The notes under the pieces were generated by a model that was given only the letters and a program-made list of their open reading frames with translations, did not search any database and was not told the origin of the DNA. A stretch of DNA of 63,998 nt, filler included, from Dirinaria sp. TL-2023a (Eukaryota): the NCBI GenBank assembly GCA_051941275.1. It is 3 parts of 3 records of this genome, joined end to end, with 100 filler letters (N's around TTAATTAATTAA, not from the genome) between each part and the next. Parts side by side here need not be neighbours in the genome. Positions count along the whole stretch, not along the records: positions 22,272 to 44,399 come from JAVEBF010000234.1; 2 more parts are not named here. One strand, given 5' to 3'. The position numbers and the translations under genes were made by a program. Below are positions 26,396 to 38,501 of the stretch, one piece after another. Positions within the stretch are counted from its first letter, which is position 1; each line of letters begins with the position of its first letter.

Positions 26396-29017
26396 TTAAG
26401 TCGTGCTTTGCTCCTGCTTTTTGTATGGTTCTATGGCTCGATTGATTTCCTCGACGATCTCAGCTGCGTCAGTGGCGTTGGAGGCTTCGAAATCATATCG
26501 CTTTTGCTCTCTTTCTCGAAACACGAGTAGCTTGAAAGAGTCAGCAATGTACGGTGTCCTTAGCGTGCTGGAAACGACCTACCTTTAGTTCCTTGGGATG
26601 TCTCCTCGGCTGTCTGCATCCAATAATTTTGCTGAACGGTATCCTAGTGGTCTTTGCACCACTATCGAATAATCCTTTGCCTGACTCACCAGGTAGTATA
26701 TGCAAGTAATCCTCATCGATAAGCAGCACTCGCTGATGGGTTGGAGCAAAAGTCATCGCCTGCTTGCGAGTGACATTGTACTTTCTATACTTCGCAGTGC
26801 TACCCAATACGTCCTGCTTGTACGCTAATGGATGCACCATCGGTGCTCCTCGTTTGCCTCTCTTAGGTGTCTCCGCTTGTAGGAACAAGGGTGCATTGGG
26901 CGAACTACTACCAGGAGACCCGACGAGGCCCACCGTTCCATCGCCAACAAAGCGGCGTCGCACAAGGTCAAGATCCGTGCGATTGCCAATCGACTCAACT
27001 GTGCGATCGACCGGCGCAACAGTGCTGGTACCTGTAACTTTAAGTAGATGATAGCCTTTGTCTAGGTTCCAACGCTTGCAGACCGTATCAAGGACCTCGG
27101 CAATGTATGTGTCCGTTGTGACCTCAATCGTATTAATTTGTGTGAAAGCTTCAAGGTTGGTATAATGTATCTTTAGCATCTTTGGAGGTCCCATCCGTGG
27201 GGTAGAATGTGCCGTGGCAAGGATCGGCTTATCGACTGGTGCTACAGTCGGTTTCGGAACTGCTGGTGCAAAAGGGCGACCGGGAGCAGCAATTCTAGAC
27301 CCGCTGTCTTTCCTTTCACCCATACTAGGCCGTTGAGGTGCGTGTCTCGAAGCCTCGTCTGCAGCTGTCGAGGGAGCGGGCTCATATTTAGGCGTTAGAG
27401 TTTTGTTCTCGTTATATTGAGCATCGCTCGCTTCTACGAGAGCAAATTCATCGTATGGTTTTTCCCTCGATCTGCCTCGAGCACCACGATTATTGTTCGA
27501 TGTAAAATCAATTATCGGTCTTGTCCGGCTCAGCGCAGGGAAGTCAAAATCCACCTCTCCATCCTCGATCATTCGCAGAGTCCAGCGGTTCACATTCAGC
27601 TTTTGAGTCTCAATTGAGGGTTTCAAGCCTTCTTCAAGGTATCTATACAAAGCTAAACCAATGGCATCAGCGACACTCACTTGAGGCTTCTCGCCACTTT
27701 CACTATCTTGTGCTGTCTTCTGTAATGGCATATCGAAGGGCTTGTCAGGCGATTGTGAGAAAGGTGTGTATATTCTGATATACAATGGATCTGGAACGCC
27801 TTTACCAGATAGACGTGCAAAGGCGTCCACAGGATTCTTTGGCGTTGATTGTTTGGCTTTGATAGCTTGGCCTAAAAGGCTGACCGGCTGGACTGTGCTA
27901 ATTGGGCGAGGCGGAGGAAGAGCTTGCAATGTCGAAGACGGTACAACCCTTGTTTTCTTTGGAGACTCTAGGCTAAGATTTATTGCGGGCTGCACATCTT
28001 CGAGGGAGGATGACACGAACGTATTGCGTAGATCATCCAGCAAGGATTCTGAGTCCGCTGCTTCGGCAAATTCGGAAGATAAGCTGCTTCTGTCGGAGAC
28101 TTCTGCTGAGTCCTCGTCAATGGTTTCGGTCGTGTTGCGAAATGTCTGCCTCTCATCCTCCTTGTATTTCTCTGCTAGGAGGTTGCTAGCTTTTGCAGCA
28201 CGAGAAGGATTGATCTGTCTTCGCTTAAAGACAGACGGATCGAGCTCATTCTCGGACGACATATCACTGCTAGTCGCAGTGTCTCTTCTGGCTCGCTGCT
28301 TCACGGCTTCTACCGCACCAACAGACCCGGCTCGGAGCCGGCCGTCACCAGATCTGCGCGAAGGGGATGTAATGATCACCTCGACATCATCAATTGTCTT
28401 TGAACTACGTAGTGGTGAAGAACCAGATCGATCTCTGAAAGGCATCTTAGCAAATTTGATCTGTTGCGCAGCTCTTTAGAGTGTTAGCAGCCACTTTGGC
28501 ACATCTGTTGTTATTCAAAAGCTGACCTTTGAGCTCCCTCCGCTTCCTCTTCGCTCTCGTCCGTGAGGTCACTGCTATCATCCTCGTCGTGCTGCTCGCG
28601 TCTTCGGTTCTTCTTCAGGCGAGGGCCAGGTGCCACCGTATCAGCGCTACCCTTCCCAGTAACCATACCACCTTCGTCTTCTTCATCATTGAAACCCGGC
28701 GGAGCAAAGCCTGCGGACCTTGGCGGGGCCGAGAAATAGTCTGAAGTGACAGCTGTAGGTATAGGTGGAGAGTATGTCCTTTTAATGTCCGCGAGGTTCG
28801 CAGACCATCCTGCAGCCCGGAAACTTGGATCGTTGAGCACGCTCGAATCGACGTTGATCAGACGTTCTCCAATACCATCTTTTATATGAGTCAAGTATGA
28901 TGTTCGCAGTTGCCAGATCAAGAAGCTGAGACGAAATCCTTGTTTAACTACATGTTCACAAGGGAATAACCAGAGGAAAACGAGTAATACTTACTCTTCG
29001 TTCTGTAGCAGAGCCAT
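26396..29017 (-). CDS. AVO1: TORC2 subunit Avo1/Sin1
   Basis: MALLQNE..FLIWQLRTSYL, IKRTYSPPIP, CRIM region WTLRMIEDGEVDFDFPAL, PH region LLIDEDYLHILP and KRYDFEA...AAEIVEEI. Confidence 0.9.
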
Positions 29018-29446
29018 GATAGAAAGACTGAATATCTTTCAAGTAATTTTGCGGATCCTAAATAGCCAACTCATCGGCCTTTAGTGGCAACTGTGGGCAG
29101 AATGGCTTAATGTCACCTCTTCCTCAAGTCTACAAATCTATTACTATCTTTCCCCGATATATCATCTTCGGCTGTCTGAGTCATTTGCCCGGTATAGAAT
29201 AAGTTAAGACCCGATCAATGCTCGCTCTGAGGGTCAATTGTGAAGATATGAACCATTACAGTAAGGTAAGGTATCTTGAGTAAGGTATTACTTGGCAGGG
29301 CACACCTCAGCTTTCGAACCCTACACTCAACCCTAGAAAGATTTATCTATCTTGCAGTAGAACCGTCGAGCTATCTTGCTACATAGAGTGCCTTCTGTTG
29401 CATGAGAATCGCGGCCCCTGAAGCTCAACAATAAGCCAATTTCACA

Positions 29447-30628
29447 ATGACTTTGGTTTCGTATTCAGAGTCTGAAAGCTCTGACTCCGAAGTCAAGTCA
29501 AGCCACTCAAGCGCTGTAAAGCCTTCGTCTCATCCAACAAAATCTGGCTTCCACAAGGTCGTTGACCGCTCCAACCCTCAAAAGATAAAAGTCAAACTCC
29601 CTGTTTCGTCGAGAGATGCAGGCAAAGTAGACGGAGATGTGCAAGAGCCTCCAATGAAGAGAGCTAGGGTTGGACCAGGATCATTTGGCGGGTTCAACTC
29701 TCTACTGCCGGCGCCAAAGCGAGCTGGAGGTGCAAAAATCGGAACGAGCTTGGGTGCAGGTGGGGGCTTAAAGACAGGCCTAACACCAAGCTTTAGCCGA
29801 GAGCCTGTGGTTACCGAGAATGCTTTTGCTCAAGAGGGGGGAAGTGAAGGGCCTGATAACCTAATAGAAGGTGCCGAAGTGAGTAACGTCGGACCTGCAT
29901 CATTGCAAGAAAAGACACCAGCAGATGGAAGCCAGGAGTACAATAAGCCTGAAAAGCCCAAACCCATCATGTTCAAGCCGCTTTCTGTGGCCAAAAAAGC
30001 AGGGAAAAAGAAAAAGTCGACTCTGAAAGAGGAAGCTAAGAGTGAGGGATTTAATTCACAAGGGGTGGACCGCCCTACTGAGCTACCAGGAAAAAGTGCT
30101 TTATTCCCAGTGGATCATGAAACGAATGACAACGCTCAAGGTGCAGCCGTGACAGATGAGTATCGCCCCATGCTCTACCAATCGAGTACTCGAGAAGGTA
30201 GCAAGGATGGGATTCTTCAAAGTGGCAGTAATCCTTATGAAACCTATGCACAGGAAGAGGTTCGTGTTCATGTGAATCCTAATCCAGATCTGGGCGGCCA
30301 GTCACAGGAATCCCAATCTTTGGATGCAATAGCAGCAGATCTGAATCTTTCTGAATCTGCCAAAAGGCAGCTTTTTGGTCGCAACAAGAACAGCTCTGCA
30401 GCTATCAATATCGTCAGCTTCGATACCGATCGTGAATACGCCGCCAACGAAACCTTGCGCCAAGCCGGCGAACAAGCACAGCATAATCCTGTGCGCGCCA
30501 TTGCCCCGGGCAAACACAGTCTCAAACAGCTTGTCAGTGCTGCCAGTAACCAGAAGGACGCACTGGAGGAACAGTTTGCTAGTGGAAGAAGGAACAAAAA
30601 AGAAGCTGGAAGCAAATATGGCTGGTAA
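29447..30628 (+). CDS. PRCC-like (MAD2B-interacting) domain protein
   Basis: MTLVSYSESES start; C-terminal GKHSLKQLV...LEEQFASGRRNKKEAGSKYGW is typical of the PRCC C-terminus. Confidence 0.85.
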   Translation: MTLVSYSESESSDSEVKSSHSSAVKPSSHPTKSGFHKVVDRSNPQKIKVKLPVSSRDAGKVDGDVQEPPMKRARVGPGSFGGFNSLLPAPKRAGGAKIGTSLGAGGGLKTGLTPSFSREPVVTENAFAQEGGSEGPDNLIEGAEVSNVGPASLQEKTPADGSQEYNKPEKPKPIMFKPLSVAKKAGKKKKSTLKEEAKSEGFNSQGVDRPTELPGKSALFPVDHETNDNAQGAAVTDEYRPMLYQSSTREGSKDGILQSGSNPYETYAQEEVRVHVNPNPDLGGQSQESQSLDAIAADLNLSESAKRQLFGRNKNSSAAINIVSFDTDREYAANETLRQAGEQAQHNPVRAIAPGKHSLKQLVSAASNQKDALEEQFASGRRNKKEAGSKYGW

Positions 30629-31775
30629 TGGTTGCCCAGAAAAATTTGAACACCTTGCACTTTGCGCGCTATGTTGTTCAATCAAGTCACCAATCGTCTA
30701 CCAGTCTAGAATCACACATTAGGCGAGTCCCTTCCTTACATGTACTTAGGCAGCTTATTTCCAAATCTGACGAAGTTCCTGTCACAGCGTTCTATTGCGT
30801 CACACCTTTAGCGAAATGATTTAATTGTCCGGAGACATTCGTTACAAATTCACGTGCTGTTAAAGAACCATAGAGCACTTTCGCTCTCGTAGCGACCCTT
30901 GGCCTATAGATGAATTCAACTCCGCTAAAGGAGTACCAGCTCAGAGGATACCGAAGAACGCCTTACGCAACGGACTCATTGGGCTTCTCGATTAGTGTTG
31001 CATTGCATAATCCAATGACAGCCCCACCTTTGTATTTGCTAACAAACATCTCATTTCTTCGTATGTCTATCGTCTTATGCTAGCTCGCTGGCAAAGTGCA
31101 GTCAAACAGACTTCCTAGGACCTATAGGGGTACGTTGGTAATGCTTCCAGTCTCTAAGGAATTCTTCAGAAGTGCCGATAGAAGTCGGAACGCTGCTGAG
31201 CCTTATGAAGAGATCCTTAAGCTATCGTCACTTGGTCAGTGGAGGTAAATTGGTCAGGGAGAATGCTGCGTCAGACAAAGATTGGGCGAACAGCTATAGA
31301 GGTTGGCTCAATGATATTTAGCTTGGATCCATCTACTGGATCTTGGAGACGAAAGCTCAATAAATAGTGCGAGTTCTCGTAACAAATAAGTAGAGTTCAA
31401 GCGTTAGAGAATATAGGTGGGTGGTCGGATGGAGCGTAAACCGAGCAGCCAAACAGTATTCAGCGCAAGCAGATCATCTGTGAGCATAGCACATCATAAA
31501 ATCTTTGTCTCATCCCAAAATCCACTTATTGAGAAGCACAGAAACCTTTCGAGCGTAACCTCAAGAATCGTGTCCATGGACAATTCCATACCGGTCAACA
31601 GTAATGGAGGCAAACGTGCTCTTGCTCTTTCAAGGAGGATTACTTCTAATGCAGTCGAAGCCAGATCCTGGAATTATGGATTTGTGGTCAAGATGAGACA
31701 AAGTAATGTCTATTAGTATTTGGGAACGAGATCGAGAATATCTAGCCTCGGCTAAACCCTATCACATGACGCGAA

Positions 31776-31790
31776 GGAAGCTTCGAGAGC
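31776..31790 (+). promoter_or_regulatory. Possible heat-shock element upstream of CDC37
   Basis: gGAAgcTTCgaGAG, a near-perfect nGAAn array ~110 bp upstream of the ATG of an Hsp90 co-chaperone. Confidence 0.35.
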
Positions 31791-31898
31791 TCCCATTGTA
31801 CATCATGGCTGATTTCTACCCGTTGTTGGACACACAGCTCACCACTCGTTGGCTCCAGACCAGTGCTTGTGGGCGCTCGTCACAACATTCATGTCATC

Positions 31899-33541
31899 AT
31901 GGTCTTAGATTACAGCAAGTAAGTATTTCTGCGGCCCGACCTGCCGACCATTGAACTGATTGGCTTAGATGGGACGCCCTTGAGCTCTCTGACGATTCAG
32001 ACATCGAAGTCCACCCCAATGTTGATAAACGCTCCTTCATTCGTGCAAAGCAAAATCAGATTCACCAACAACGCTACGAACGGCGACATCAAATAGAGAC
32101 TCTCAAGTACGAGCGCATAGTCAATGATGGCCTCCTCGAACGCATCGACGCTCTTCTTGCATCCCTTCAAAGCCATGAGGCTGATGCGACAAGTGGCCCT
32201 GAAAGCTTTATGATGCAAGCTCTAATGGACTCATCCGGAGACCCTGCAAAAGACCAGCCACCGAAGCCACCAGAGGGGGTTTATACAAAGAGCGAGCAAC
32301 CCCGTTATTCGCAGATGATGGCTAGTCTTGTAGATCAAGTGAAACATGAGGTAGCTGAGACGCCAGGAGATTGGTACCCAAACTACGTGAAAGGGGTAGA
32401 AGGGCACCGGACGAAGGTGCAGGATTTGCAAAAAGATCTCTTGCAAAAGCTCAATGAGTTGGAGAGAGAGGAGGGAAGCAAGATCACAAGTGACTCAATA
32501 CATACAGGTTTTGATAAGAGCTCCGTGTCGAAGGAGAAGGACAAGCCGAAGCCACCGGAACGAAAAAGAGCGGAGACGGTGGAGGTTCTGAACCCAGGAT
32601 CTGCCAATAAAAATAAGCTTGTGCGCTCGGATAGCGCGCAATCATCAGGCGCGGATGCGGACGTAGATGAGCCTGCGGGCGAAGAAGATAAAGATGACGA
32701 TCAAGCTGAGGCTTCTGAACTAGGCAAGGAGTTTGCGAGGATCAAAATAGGGGACTACAAAGCTTGTTTGGAATTCATCTCACAGCATCGAGAGCTAGTT
32801 ACTGAAAAAGAGACGGACGGCCTGCTCATCGAAGGCTTCAACGCGCAAATGGACGGAAAGGGCGTTTATGCCAAACAATGCGTACATCAAGCTCTGCTGC
32901 TTCAATACTGCCGCTCACTAGGTCGCGATGGGGTCGGTCTCTTCTTCAAGCGGTAAGTCTATTCTTCTCGCTGCTGTTCTCGTACGCCAGACTAAACTAT
33001 GTACTTTAGAATAACAACGCCTGGCCACCAAGCCCAACAGGTCTTCTTAGACGACGTCAACAACACATATACCCGCATCAAGACTCGCACCGCCGAGATC
33101 GCCAAAGAACGCGCTTCAAATCCCTCTTCAGCTGCTGATGCTGGAGCAGGCGTCGAACAAATTCAACTCCACGCGGTCGAACCCGGCACTGAAATACACA
33201 TCAACATTCCTCAACCCAATAGTACGGATGAGGTTGAAATCAAAGCGCGAGAAGTTTTCGAAGCTTTCCCCCCTGGGCTACAGAGAGCGTTGGAGAGTGG
33301 TAGCTTGGATAAGGTCAATGAAGTTCTGGGTAAGATGAGCGTAGAGGAGGCGGAAGAGGTAGTCGAGCAATTAGGAGAGGGAGGGATGTTAAGTCTGGAA
33401 CAGGGCGTCATTGATGGGACAACGGAGGAGGGAAGGGAGAAATTGAAAGAACTGGAGAGGGAGGCGGAAAGGGAGAAGCAGGGAAACGGGAAGCCGGTTG
33501 AAGAGAGATTGGAGGAGATTGAGGTGGCGGATCCCGACTGA
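31899..33541 (+). CDS. CDC37: Hsp90 co-chaperone Cdc37
   Basis: MVLDYSK/WDALELSDDSDIEVHPNVDKRSFIRAKQ, QCVHQALLLQYC, EQIQLHAVEPG, FEAFPPGLQRALESGSLDKVN. Two introns. Confidence 0.95.
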
Positions 33542-34026
33542 GGATCGAAAGCTAGGCTGTGGATGCTATCGAGATGCTATGTCGGTCTAACATGATATTT
33601 TTCGGGCCCCAATTATTCGTGTAAACATTGATCTGTATATCATCATTTGCCAAGTTCGAAGTTGATGGCAATCTCCCATCTTCGTCACATTCACTGAGCC
33701 ACTACATTTCCAATATTTGATTCCAGTTTATATATAACACCAGGCCAAAATTGGCACATATATATTCAGTAAGGAACTGTAAGCATAAGGCATTAAGCGA
33801 ATTCCCTACCCTAACACAGTTTCCATTCTTTTGGGTTCGTCCAGCAATATAATCACTGTACTCGTACTTAGGGTACGCATAAGGGGGAGGGTAGCCTTTC
33901 GAACAGGACACCGGCTAAAAATTGACGTGTTCGTATCATATCAAGACGAGTGCTGAGCGATCTGTAATTTCAAATGGACCACGCAATGATCTTTTAATAC
34001 TGCTCAAGTTCGAAGACGATCTCAAC

Positions 34027-35061
34027 ATGGCAGATCGCTTTCCATCCCTGGAAGAGTTTGGTGCCGGTAAGCACTCAATCCAGCCTTTTCTTCTGCCACA
34101 ACTACCAGCTTCTACTGATCTCTCCTAACAATGCTGCATGTAACACAACTGACCAGTCTGTCTCAGGCCAAACCTCGCCTAAGGGCAACGGCGCTGGCGG
34201 CGTCGATGGCGCTGACCTTGACTCTGATTTTCTTACCCGCGAGCGTGCTGCCTTAGGTGACGACGCGGCGCAATTCGCTTCGGCCAACGACAATGCAGCT
34301 ACCGTCGAAGATGGAGAAGATGACCTCCTAGGAGGTGGTGGTGATTACCAAAACGGTGGAGCTAGGGCTGAGGAGATTATGGATTTTGAGAGCTCTTTTC
34401 CTGCCGTTGATACGAGCAATAATGTGCGTCCATTACCATAGATTGATCGGAAGGCGATCGAAATTGATTGAAAGCAATCTAGCAAATGGCGCCTGGCGGA
34501 ACCATCACGGGCTCATCCCTCCCATTTCAATCAGGCGTGAACCAGACTCAGCCTTCTTACGGTGCATTCGGTGGCGAGCCTGAAGAAGAGCCCGAACCCA
34601 TCAAGTGAGTCCCTTCCACGGCTCCCCACCCTTTCCACCGTATCCCATCTACTCAGAGTCCGATCACCTGTTGCTCTACGCATACTGACCCTCTGTCTTC
34701 TCCTCACAGGGCCTGGCGCGAAACTCGGGATGCTAATCTCGCCCGTCGTGCCGAACTCGCCGCTAGTAAGAAAGCCGAAACCATCAAGCAAGCCCAGCAA
34801 TACGTCGATGACTTCTACGAGAACTACAATACGAAGAAAGAAAAGTCGATAGCCAAGACCCGCAAGGAGGCTGAAGAATTCCTGGCGAAGCGTGAAGATA
34901 CCTCTGCGGGCGGTACGAGCTGGGAGCGCATTGCCAAATTAGTCGATCTCAGCGGGAAGGGTGCTAAGGGCGGTGCGAGTGGTACTGGCAAGGAGCGATT
35001 TAGGGAGATGTTGGCGGGGCTGAGGAAAGACGAGAAGGCGCCCGGGGCAAGCGGGTATTGA
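34027..35061 (+). CDS. CLC1: Clathrin light chain
   Basis: MADRFPSLEEF, DFLTRERAALGDDA, EEEPEPIK/AWRE, GGTSWERIAKLVD, LRKDEKAPGASGY*. Three introns. Confidence 0.92.
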
Positions 35062-36049
35062 TTGATATTCGGCTTCGAGCTCGAATGTAACATTCACATG
35101 CATTGAGGGCGTTTGCGGGTTTGAAGCATTGAGACATCATTGCTTCTGCCATTTTATTGTAGATACAGTATGCAGGGAAGCCTAAAAAAGGCATGCAATG
35201 GAAGGCTTTTAATCATCATTATGACCCGGTGAAGCAATCCATAACCTCTAGTAAGGCCGCGTTCAAGGCCTTACGCCTTCCTTAGCAGGCAATCTCCAGA
35301 ATCTTGAAAATCGTAGCGTGGTCGGAGTGACGGAGCGTTCTCTGTCTCAAATCTCCCAAAAACCAAAAAAAAAAAGAAAAAAAAAAAAAAACCAAATGGT
35401 CACGAAGACCCCTGCTGAATTATACAGCCCCTGCATCCCATTTTCTCAGCAAGCGCAAAGACTACATAGTATCTTCCCCGATACTGGGAAGGAAGCAACG
35501 CCACATCTAAAAATGTTCAAGAGTGAAGTGCATTGAAGATCTTCAGACGGAAAAAACCCCCTTCAAATCACCGTCTCGTAGCATCAACATTAGCAGCAAG
35601 TCAGGAAGAGCGATGATGCTTCTTCTCTCAACCGAGGAGTATCCATCGTAAACCATCATCACACAGTGTCCGCTGATTAATTTTCTCCCTCGGTAAGCCT
35701 GCTATCATTGATGTGCCCATGGCGAAAAATAAAATATCTACCTTATTCATGTTCAAAAGAATAGGAGCAATTTCCTGGAAACCTAGTGTACATGCGTTAT
35801 TATGGTATGAATCTAGATATCTCTGAAAGCCATCATGAGTGAGGTGGTGCAGGTTTGGCTTGTGATGGTGTCGAGGGCGTACTCCTTGCTTGCGGTTTTT
35901 GCTTGTAGTTCCGACAGTCCCGGCTTTGAAACCTAGAACAGGGAAAGTCGATCGACGCTCGGGAACAGGTAGCGCGCGCGTGTTTGGCTGGACTTGGCAG
36001 ATCTGGGAAATCTTGTAGATCAGGTAGAAAAAAAAAAGAAAAAAAAAAA

Positions 36050-36205
36050 TGTAGACCGAGTCCGAGGGATTTGATCCCTCGCCATTCTCCGATATTTGCA
36101 AGGAGCCACATGGCCCACTAGGCACTCTCATCCTGCCTACCCCGCGTTAGACGCGGTTCAACGACAACTCCGGATAGACCTACAAACCTAGGCCATGAAC
36201 CCTGG
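36050..36205 (-). ncRNA. Candidate Pol III-type, tRNA-like structured RNA of unknown identity
   Basis: A-box-like TGGCCTAGG (36195-36187); T-arm GAGGG-ATCAAAT-CCCTC containing B-box-like GGATCAAATCC (36077-36067); acceptor-like GGGTTC/GGACTC pairing; T11 run just downstream. Confidence 0.45.
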
Positions 36206-36387
36206 TGAAAAATATTGCTCTTATTCTAATCATGAACATAAAGAATGAATTTCTTAGTTGTGCACAGTTCTTGAACCGAGTCATGTGTTATCGATAAGGT
36301 ACCTATATCAATGAATTTGCACTTTCATATGCACAATCTCCTAATTTGCTATTGACAGACAGTCCTTTCATAGTTTACAATTTTCTC

Positions 36388-38112
36388 ATGGAAAACCCTC
36401 AAGATCCAGCGGCGCCACACGCCCCCACTCACGAATTTATTCCGGGCCAAGGTTATGTCATTCCTCCATCACTGACCACCTACGAGGACAGAAATGCTCC
36501 CTCATCCGGGCAGCAGCAATCACACCAAGATAGTGCAAACGCCCACGAAAATGAAGAAGAGGAGCAATACAGCGATTTACTACTCAGCGAGGACGATGTC
36601 GATGAAGATGACTTCGCTTCCTACAACCCCACCGACTTTACCAAGACGTACAACCGGCAGCGACGCATCCAAAAAGTGTCTTCGGATCCGAACGCACCCA
36701 AGTCTACCTTGCCCAAGACCAACCCCCAGAAGCCGGCCGCGAACACTTTAGCCTCGATAGATGATCAAATTGCGTCGTTGTCGCGCCATGCGGGGAAGTT
36801 GCGACTGGATGCTGAACAATCGGGCTTGAAAGGAAGGAACGTTCGTTCTGCAGATAAAAGCGATCGGGCGACGAGTGAGCAGGTGCTGGATAAACGAACA
36901 CGCATGATCCTTCTGAAGATGCTGGATCGAAATATCGTTTCTGAAATCAACGGATGTGTGTCGACTGGGAAAGAAGCCAACGTCTACCATGCCGAATCAG
37001 TGGTTCAGGGAGATGACGCAGAGGCGGCGGTGGCACCTCTTCAGAGAGCTATCAAAGTCTACAAAACTAGTATACTGGTGTTCAAGGATCGTGATAAATA
37101 CGTCACCGGCGAATTCCGGTTCAGGCAAGGGTATAACAAGAGTAGTAACAGGGCTATGGTCAAGATGTGGGCGGAAAAGGAGATGCGGAATCTTCGACGT
37201 ATCTATGCGGCTGGCATACCGTGTCCGGAACCCATATATCTACGCCTACATGTACTGTTAATGGGATTCGTTGGCGACCGGAAGGGCACTCCTGCGCCTC
37301 AATTAAAGGATGTTGAGCTCACTGGCGACGACGTCGAGTCCAGATGGAATTCGCTGTATCGGCAATTGCTAGGTTACATGCGGATCATGTTTCAAACATG
37401 CCATTTGGTGCATGCCGACCTGAGCGAGTATAATATCCTCTATCACCAGGATAAATTATGGATCATCGATGTCAGCCAAAGCGTTGAGCATGACCATCCT
37501 AAAAGTCTAGATTTTCTACGAATGGACATTAAGAATGTCAGCAATTTCTTTGGTCGCAAAGGCATAGACACCTTGCCAGATCGATCAGTATTCACCTTCG
37601 TCACAGCCACTCAAGGTAGTGTGGTCCAATCAGAAATGGATGAAGCCCTCCAAAAGCTATATGAGGTTCGAACTGAAGAGCACGTTAATGAGGCAAAGAA
37701 GGAGGTTGACAACGAAGTCTTTCGTCAACAGTACATTCCACAGACTCTTGAGCAGGTCTATGACGTGGAGAGAGATGCGGAACAAATAGGGAGGGGCGGT
37801 CAAGATTCGCTTGTCTACCGTGACTTGCTCGCTGATCAACTGGCTCCCTACCCAAATGGCCAAGCGGTCGAGGCATCGGATGGTGTATTGAAATCCGAGA
37901 ACGAGGAATCAAGCGCATCGGGTAGTCGCCACAATGACGATGACAATGACGAAATTGCTGTACGCCCAAGAGGAAAACGTTTCGAGGATAAGGACGCCAA
38001 GAGGGACCACAAGAAGCAAGTCAAAGAGGAAAAACGGGTCAAGAGGGAGAACAAATTACCAAAACATATCAAGAAGAAGATGATTAGCAACACAGCCAGA
38101 AAGAAGCACTGA
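36388..38112 (+). CDS. RIO1: Atypical serine/threonine kinase Rio1
   Basis: DKSDRATSEQVLD, STGKEANVYHA, AIKVYKTSILVFKDRDKYVTGEFRFR, LVHADLSEYN, IIDVSQSVE, K-rich tail. Confidence 0.96.
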   Translation: MENPQDPAAPHAPTHEFIPGQGYVIPPSLTTYEDRNAPSSGQQQSHQDSANAHENEEEEQYSDLLLSEDDVDEDDFASYNPTDFTKTYNRQRRIQKVSSDPNAPKSTLPKTNPQKPAANTLASIDDQIASLSRHAGKLRLDAEQSGLKGRNVRSADKSDRATSEQVLDKRTRMILLKMLDRNIVSEINGCVSTGKEANVYHAESVVQGDDAEAAVAPLQRAIKVYKTSILVFKDRDKYVTGEFRFRQGYNKSSNRAMVKMWAEKEMRNLRRIYAAGIPCPEPIYLRLHVLLMGFVGDRKGTPAPQLKDVELTGDDVESRWNSLYRQLLGYMRIMFQTCHLVHADLSEYNILYHQDKLWIIDVSQSVEHDHPKSLDFLRMDIKNVSNFFGRKGIDTLPDRSVFTFVTATQGSVVQSEMDEALQKLYEVRTEEHVNEAKKEVDNEVFRQQYIPQTLEQVYDVERDAEQIGRGGQDSLVYRDLLADQLAPYPNGQAVEASDGVLKSENEESSASGSRHNDDDNDEIAVRPRGKRFEDKDAKRDHKKQVKEEKRVKRENKLPKHIKKKMISNTARKKH

Positions 38113-38501
38113 TTGGGTCTGCGACGTTACATAGCAGCCAAATCCCTCCACATTACCGACTTGTTACCAATTGGTGAAGTACCAAGCTCGGCTGTTCCTT
38201 TGGTGAGAGATCCACTCAGCCCCTCGAGACCTGCGACTGCGATGATGAGAATACCTAATTCATCTGCCTAGCTGCTTTGTAGTGTTTAGCCTTCGTTGCT
38301 CATAACCTCATTGTATGACTGAAGGATGGAGCCAGAGGAGCCTCCATGCTGAAGCGCTCGATGCAGAACAAAGAGAGCCCTGAGCAGCTTGCCACGCTCC
38401 CAATACGCAAAATACGCAATGTTCGTCTCTAATGGGAGAATAAATGCTGACACTTTCTGGACAGTGCCCTCGACCTCGCTAAGTCAGAGCATTAGTGCAG
38501 C

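Noticed and set aside
35601..35662. Box C/D snoRNA candidate on the minus strand (GTGATGA...CTGA)
   Set aside because: No terminal stem, no clear C' box and no rRNA/snRNA guide I could match.
36050..36200. HDV-like ribozyme reading of the crossing helices
   Set aside because: The segment between putative P2 and P1' is too long and lacks the P3/L3/P1.1 and J4/2 consensus.
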